From: an uncultured delta proteobacterium
GTDB taxonomy: Bacteria; Desulfobacterota; Desulfuromonadia; Desulfuromonadales; JACZKF01
Length of the DNA stretch: 64,000 nucleotides
Direction of reading: 5' to 3'
Assembly: GCA_963816395.1 (NCBI GenBank)
Contig: CAWFKQ010000016.1
Coordinates: 672,001 to 736,000, forward strand
The translations under genes and the position numbers were made by a program. Numbering within the stretch: position 1 is the stretch's first letter; each line of letters starts with the position of its first letter. Below are positions 61,798 through 64,000 of this stretch, one piece after another. The notes under the pieces are model-generated. The model was not told where the DNA came from. It searched no databases and saw nothing but the letters and a program-made list of their open reading frames with translations.

Positions 61798-62700
61798 ATG
61801 TCCCGGATGCTTTTCAGAAAATCGTTGGTGTTTCTCTTCCTGCTTTCGTTTCTCTCACCGGTGTTTCCCTCGCCTGCTGCGGCATCGGTGGAGTATGAAA
61901 GCCGGCCGAACGCCCTGGCCGATGTCCCGTTCGAGATCTTTTCCCGGGAAAAGGACGGGCTTCTGGTGGCGGAGATCAGTGGAAAACTCGATTATCCTTT
62001 CAGCCGGATCAGCAATGCGCTGGCCCGCCCCCAAACCTGGTGCGAATTTCTGCCCCTGGTTTTCAACATCAAATCCTGCACCCATGAAGGGGAAGGGGAA
62101 AGTACCTTTCTCAATCTTTACGTCGGGCGCAAGTTCTACGAAACGCCCGAGGAGGCCATCCGCCTGGAGTACCTGTTCCGGGTGAGGGAGCAGGAACATG
62201 ACCGCCTCCGGGTGTCCCTTTTTGCTCCCGATGGCCCGTATGGAACCCGGGATTACCGCATCGAGCTGGAGGCCCGGCCGACGGCGGACGGCAGAACCGC
62301 CATCCGGATGCACTCATCCTTTCGCCCCAGCCTGCGCAGCGAACTGGCGACCCGGATCTATCTTTCGACGGTCGCGCAGGACAAGGTCGGTTTCAGCGTG
62401 GAGGAACGGACGGCGGACGGCCCGGTTTACGTGGGCGGGATGAAGGGAATCATCGAGCGCAATGCCATGCGCTACTACCTGGCCCTCAAGGCGTTTCTCG
62501 ACACCATGCAGCTGCCCGAGGAACAGCGGTTCGAGGCTCGGCTGCAGGCCTGGTACGGGATGACCGAGAAGTACCCGCGCCAGCTGCACGAGATGGGGGA
62601 AAAGGAATACCTGGAAGCCAAGCGACGGGAGCGGCAGCAGCAGGTGAAGCTGCAGAAGGAGATTGCTGGGGGAACTAACGGCGTCGCCCTTGGAAGTTAG
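61798..62700 (+). CDS. Exported hypothetical protein (possible START/SRPBCC-like fold)
   Basis: Signal peptide ending AAA-S; long open frame; fold call is a guess. Confidence 0.65.
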   Translation: MSRMLFRKSLVFLFLLSFLSPVFPSPAAASVEYESRPNALADVPFEIFSREKDGLLVAEISGKLDYPFSRISNALARPQTWCEFLPLVFNIKSCTHEGEGESTFLNLYVGRKFYETPEEAIRLEYLFRVREQEHDRLRVSLFAPDGPYGTRDYRIELEARPTADGRTAIRMHSSFRPSLRSELATRIYLSTVAQDKVGFSVEERTADGPVYVGGMKGIIERNAMRYYLALKAFLDTMQLPEEQRFEARLQAWYGMTEKYPRQLHEMGEKEYLEAKRRERQQQVKLQKEIAGGTNGVALGS

Positions 62701-62752
62701 GCCGGGATAAGGCAGTTTTTCCATTCCCGGCGGAATCGCTCCATTACCTCGC

Positions 62753-62790
62753 TTGCACCTATATTATGACTATGCTAGTGTGGTCATAAT
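62753..62790 (+). promoter_or_regulatory. TA promoter with overlapping operator palindrome
   Basis: TTGCAC-N17-TAGTGT (extended TG) overlapped by ATTATGAC-N12-GTCATAAT. Confidence 0.65.
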
Positions 62791-62808
62791 TGAAAGTGGA
62801 GGTGGAGT

Positions 62809-63042
62809 ATGCCTAAAACCATATCAAAATCCCAGTTCAAGCCGCATTCCCTGGAGTATTTCCGCAAGATCGAGCAGACCGGTGAGGAGTTGGTGATCAC
62901 CGACCATGGCCGTCCGGTCCTCAAGGTTACCCCCTATGTGGCGGATCCCGAGGAGTGTTTCCGGGGTCTGCGTAACACCGTGCTGAAATATGATGCTCCC
63001 CTGGAGCCGGTAGGGGTAGAAGACTGGGAGTCGCTGAAGTGA
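62809..63042 (+). CDS. Phd/YefM-family antitoxin
   Basis: ISKSQFK..GEELVITDHGRPV. Confidence 0.88.
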   Translation: MPKTISKSQFKPHSLEYFRKIEQTGEELVITDHGRPVLKVTPYVADPEECFRGLRNTVLKYDAPLEPVGVEDWESLK

Positions 63043-63434
63043 TCGTGCTTGATACCCACATTCTACTCTGGTGGGTTAACGACCCCACAACCTTGAGCAA
63101 ACCGGCAAAAAAGGCGATTGATGCAGCTGTGAAGTCAAAGGCGGTACAAGTATCCTGCATCAGTTCCTGGGAAATAGCATTGCTTGTGGAGCGAGGCCGA
63201 CTGCGGCTTGCTCTGGATGTCCGCGACTGGCTCTGCCGCTGCGAAGCTCTGCCCTTTCTCACCTTTATGCCGGTAAGCAACGCCATTGCCGTCCAATCCG
63301 TCAGGCTGCCGGACTTCCCGCACGCCGATCCGGCCGACCGGATCATTGCCGCCACCGCTTTGTCACTCGGCGCGGCGCTGGTGACAAAGGACGATAAGCT
63401 GCGAAATTATCCCCACCTGAAAACGATCTGGTAA
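63039..63434 (+). CDS. vapC: VapC PIN-domain toxin
   Basis: VLDTH, SWEI, HADPADRII, LVTKD; GTGA overlap. Confidence 0.9.
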   Translation: MIVLDTHILLWWVNDPTTLSKPAKKAIDAAVKSKAVQVSCISSWEIALLVERGRLRLALDVRDWLCRCEALPFLTFMPVSNAIAVQSVRLPDFPHADPADRIIAATALSLGAALVTKDDKLRNYPHLKTIW

Positions 63435-63456
63435 GAAGGAAGCGGAAAAAACACCA

Positions 63457-63903
63457 TTGTGTGACTTGAATACCTCGCCGCGCGCCGCGATATTCCGACT
63501 ATCCATCCTCCTCCTGGCAACGTGTGCCATTGCCTGTGGCTGGGAGGCATCCAATAATGCCGATTCTAGGCAGGTCACCGGCCGCATAGTCAAAGTGGAG
63601 CGCGTATTTGGCGGAAGAGGGGGGGATAACAGGGAATTCACTATCCGTTATGGCGTACAGGGGAAGGACTATTATCTTGTCTCCCGGCGTGGAATTCTGG
63701 ATTCGCTTGGCAGCCTTCAGGATTTGCGCAGAGGAGACAGCGTGCCATTGTCGGTGAGTTCGAAACCGCCTTATAGAGCGGTTTTTGCAACTCTCAGCGG
63801 CCGTTATCCGATCTCACTATGTTTTTTCGTGCTCACCGCTGTTTTCATCGTGGTCGTTGCCATCTCGGTGTTCACCAGAGGGCTGTCGGTTTCGCGATCA
63901 TAA
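63457..63903 (+). CDS. Hypothetical two-TM protein (DUF3592-like layout)
   Basis: TM - beta-rich VTGRIV...Y segment - TM. Confidence 0.55.
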   Translation: MCDLNTSPRAAIFRLSILLLATCAIACGWEASNNADSRQVTGRIVKVERVFGGRGGDNREFTIRYGVQGKDYYLVSRRGILDSLGSLQDLRRGDSVPLSVSSKPPYRAVFATLSGRYPISLCFFVLTAVFIVVVAISVFTRGLSVSRS

Positions 63904-64000
63904 CCCCAGCGGATTCTTCCGGAGTTGCATTGGAGAAAACGCGGCGGCTCCGGTGGAAAAACTTACTCCATACCGCCGCGTTTCAGCCTCCAGCCGTTCA

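Noticed and set aside
1..64000. tRNA, rRNA, CRISPR array, prophage or intact IS
   Set aside because: None recognised by eye; tRNAscan/Infernal were not run, so small RNAs could be missed

Overview
GC-rich 64-kb chromosomal window with about 55 genes. Gene content (Mrp antiporter end, CydA-like/c-heme fusion, HD-GYP, sigma54-type promoter, Rrf2-cysK-larE) suggests a deltaproteobacterium, probably Desulfuromonadales; this is inference. Most of it is housekeeping, transport and redox: heterodimeric ABC exporter, TetR-regulated RND pump, MATE, MFS, ClC, malic enzyme, cardiolipin synthase, threonine aldolase, GT2/flippase. Mobile or accessory parts are an apparently intact class IIC group II intron (2761-4694), a decayed tyrosine-integrase islet with an MNT-HEPN module, a Phd-VapC module and several REP/MITE-like palindromes. 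About 18 genes carry isolated frameshifts, most likely long-read indel errors, so several coordinates are reconstructed by hand. No rRNA, tRNA or CRISPR array was seen. Best leads: (i) an asrB-like / Cys-type formate dehydrogenase / asrA-like operon, (ii) a tiny His/Cys-rich zinc-ribbon protein with a CRP/FNR-type site at exactly -41.5, (iii) a CydA-like protein fused to three c-hemes with a second CydA-like partner, (iv) an SNF2 + SWIM-HTH pair, (v) an orphan S4 with altered Cys ligands, (vi) a membrane PAS-DEDDh nuclease, (vii) a degenerate AroQ. None can be called undescribed without database searches.
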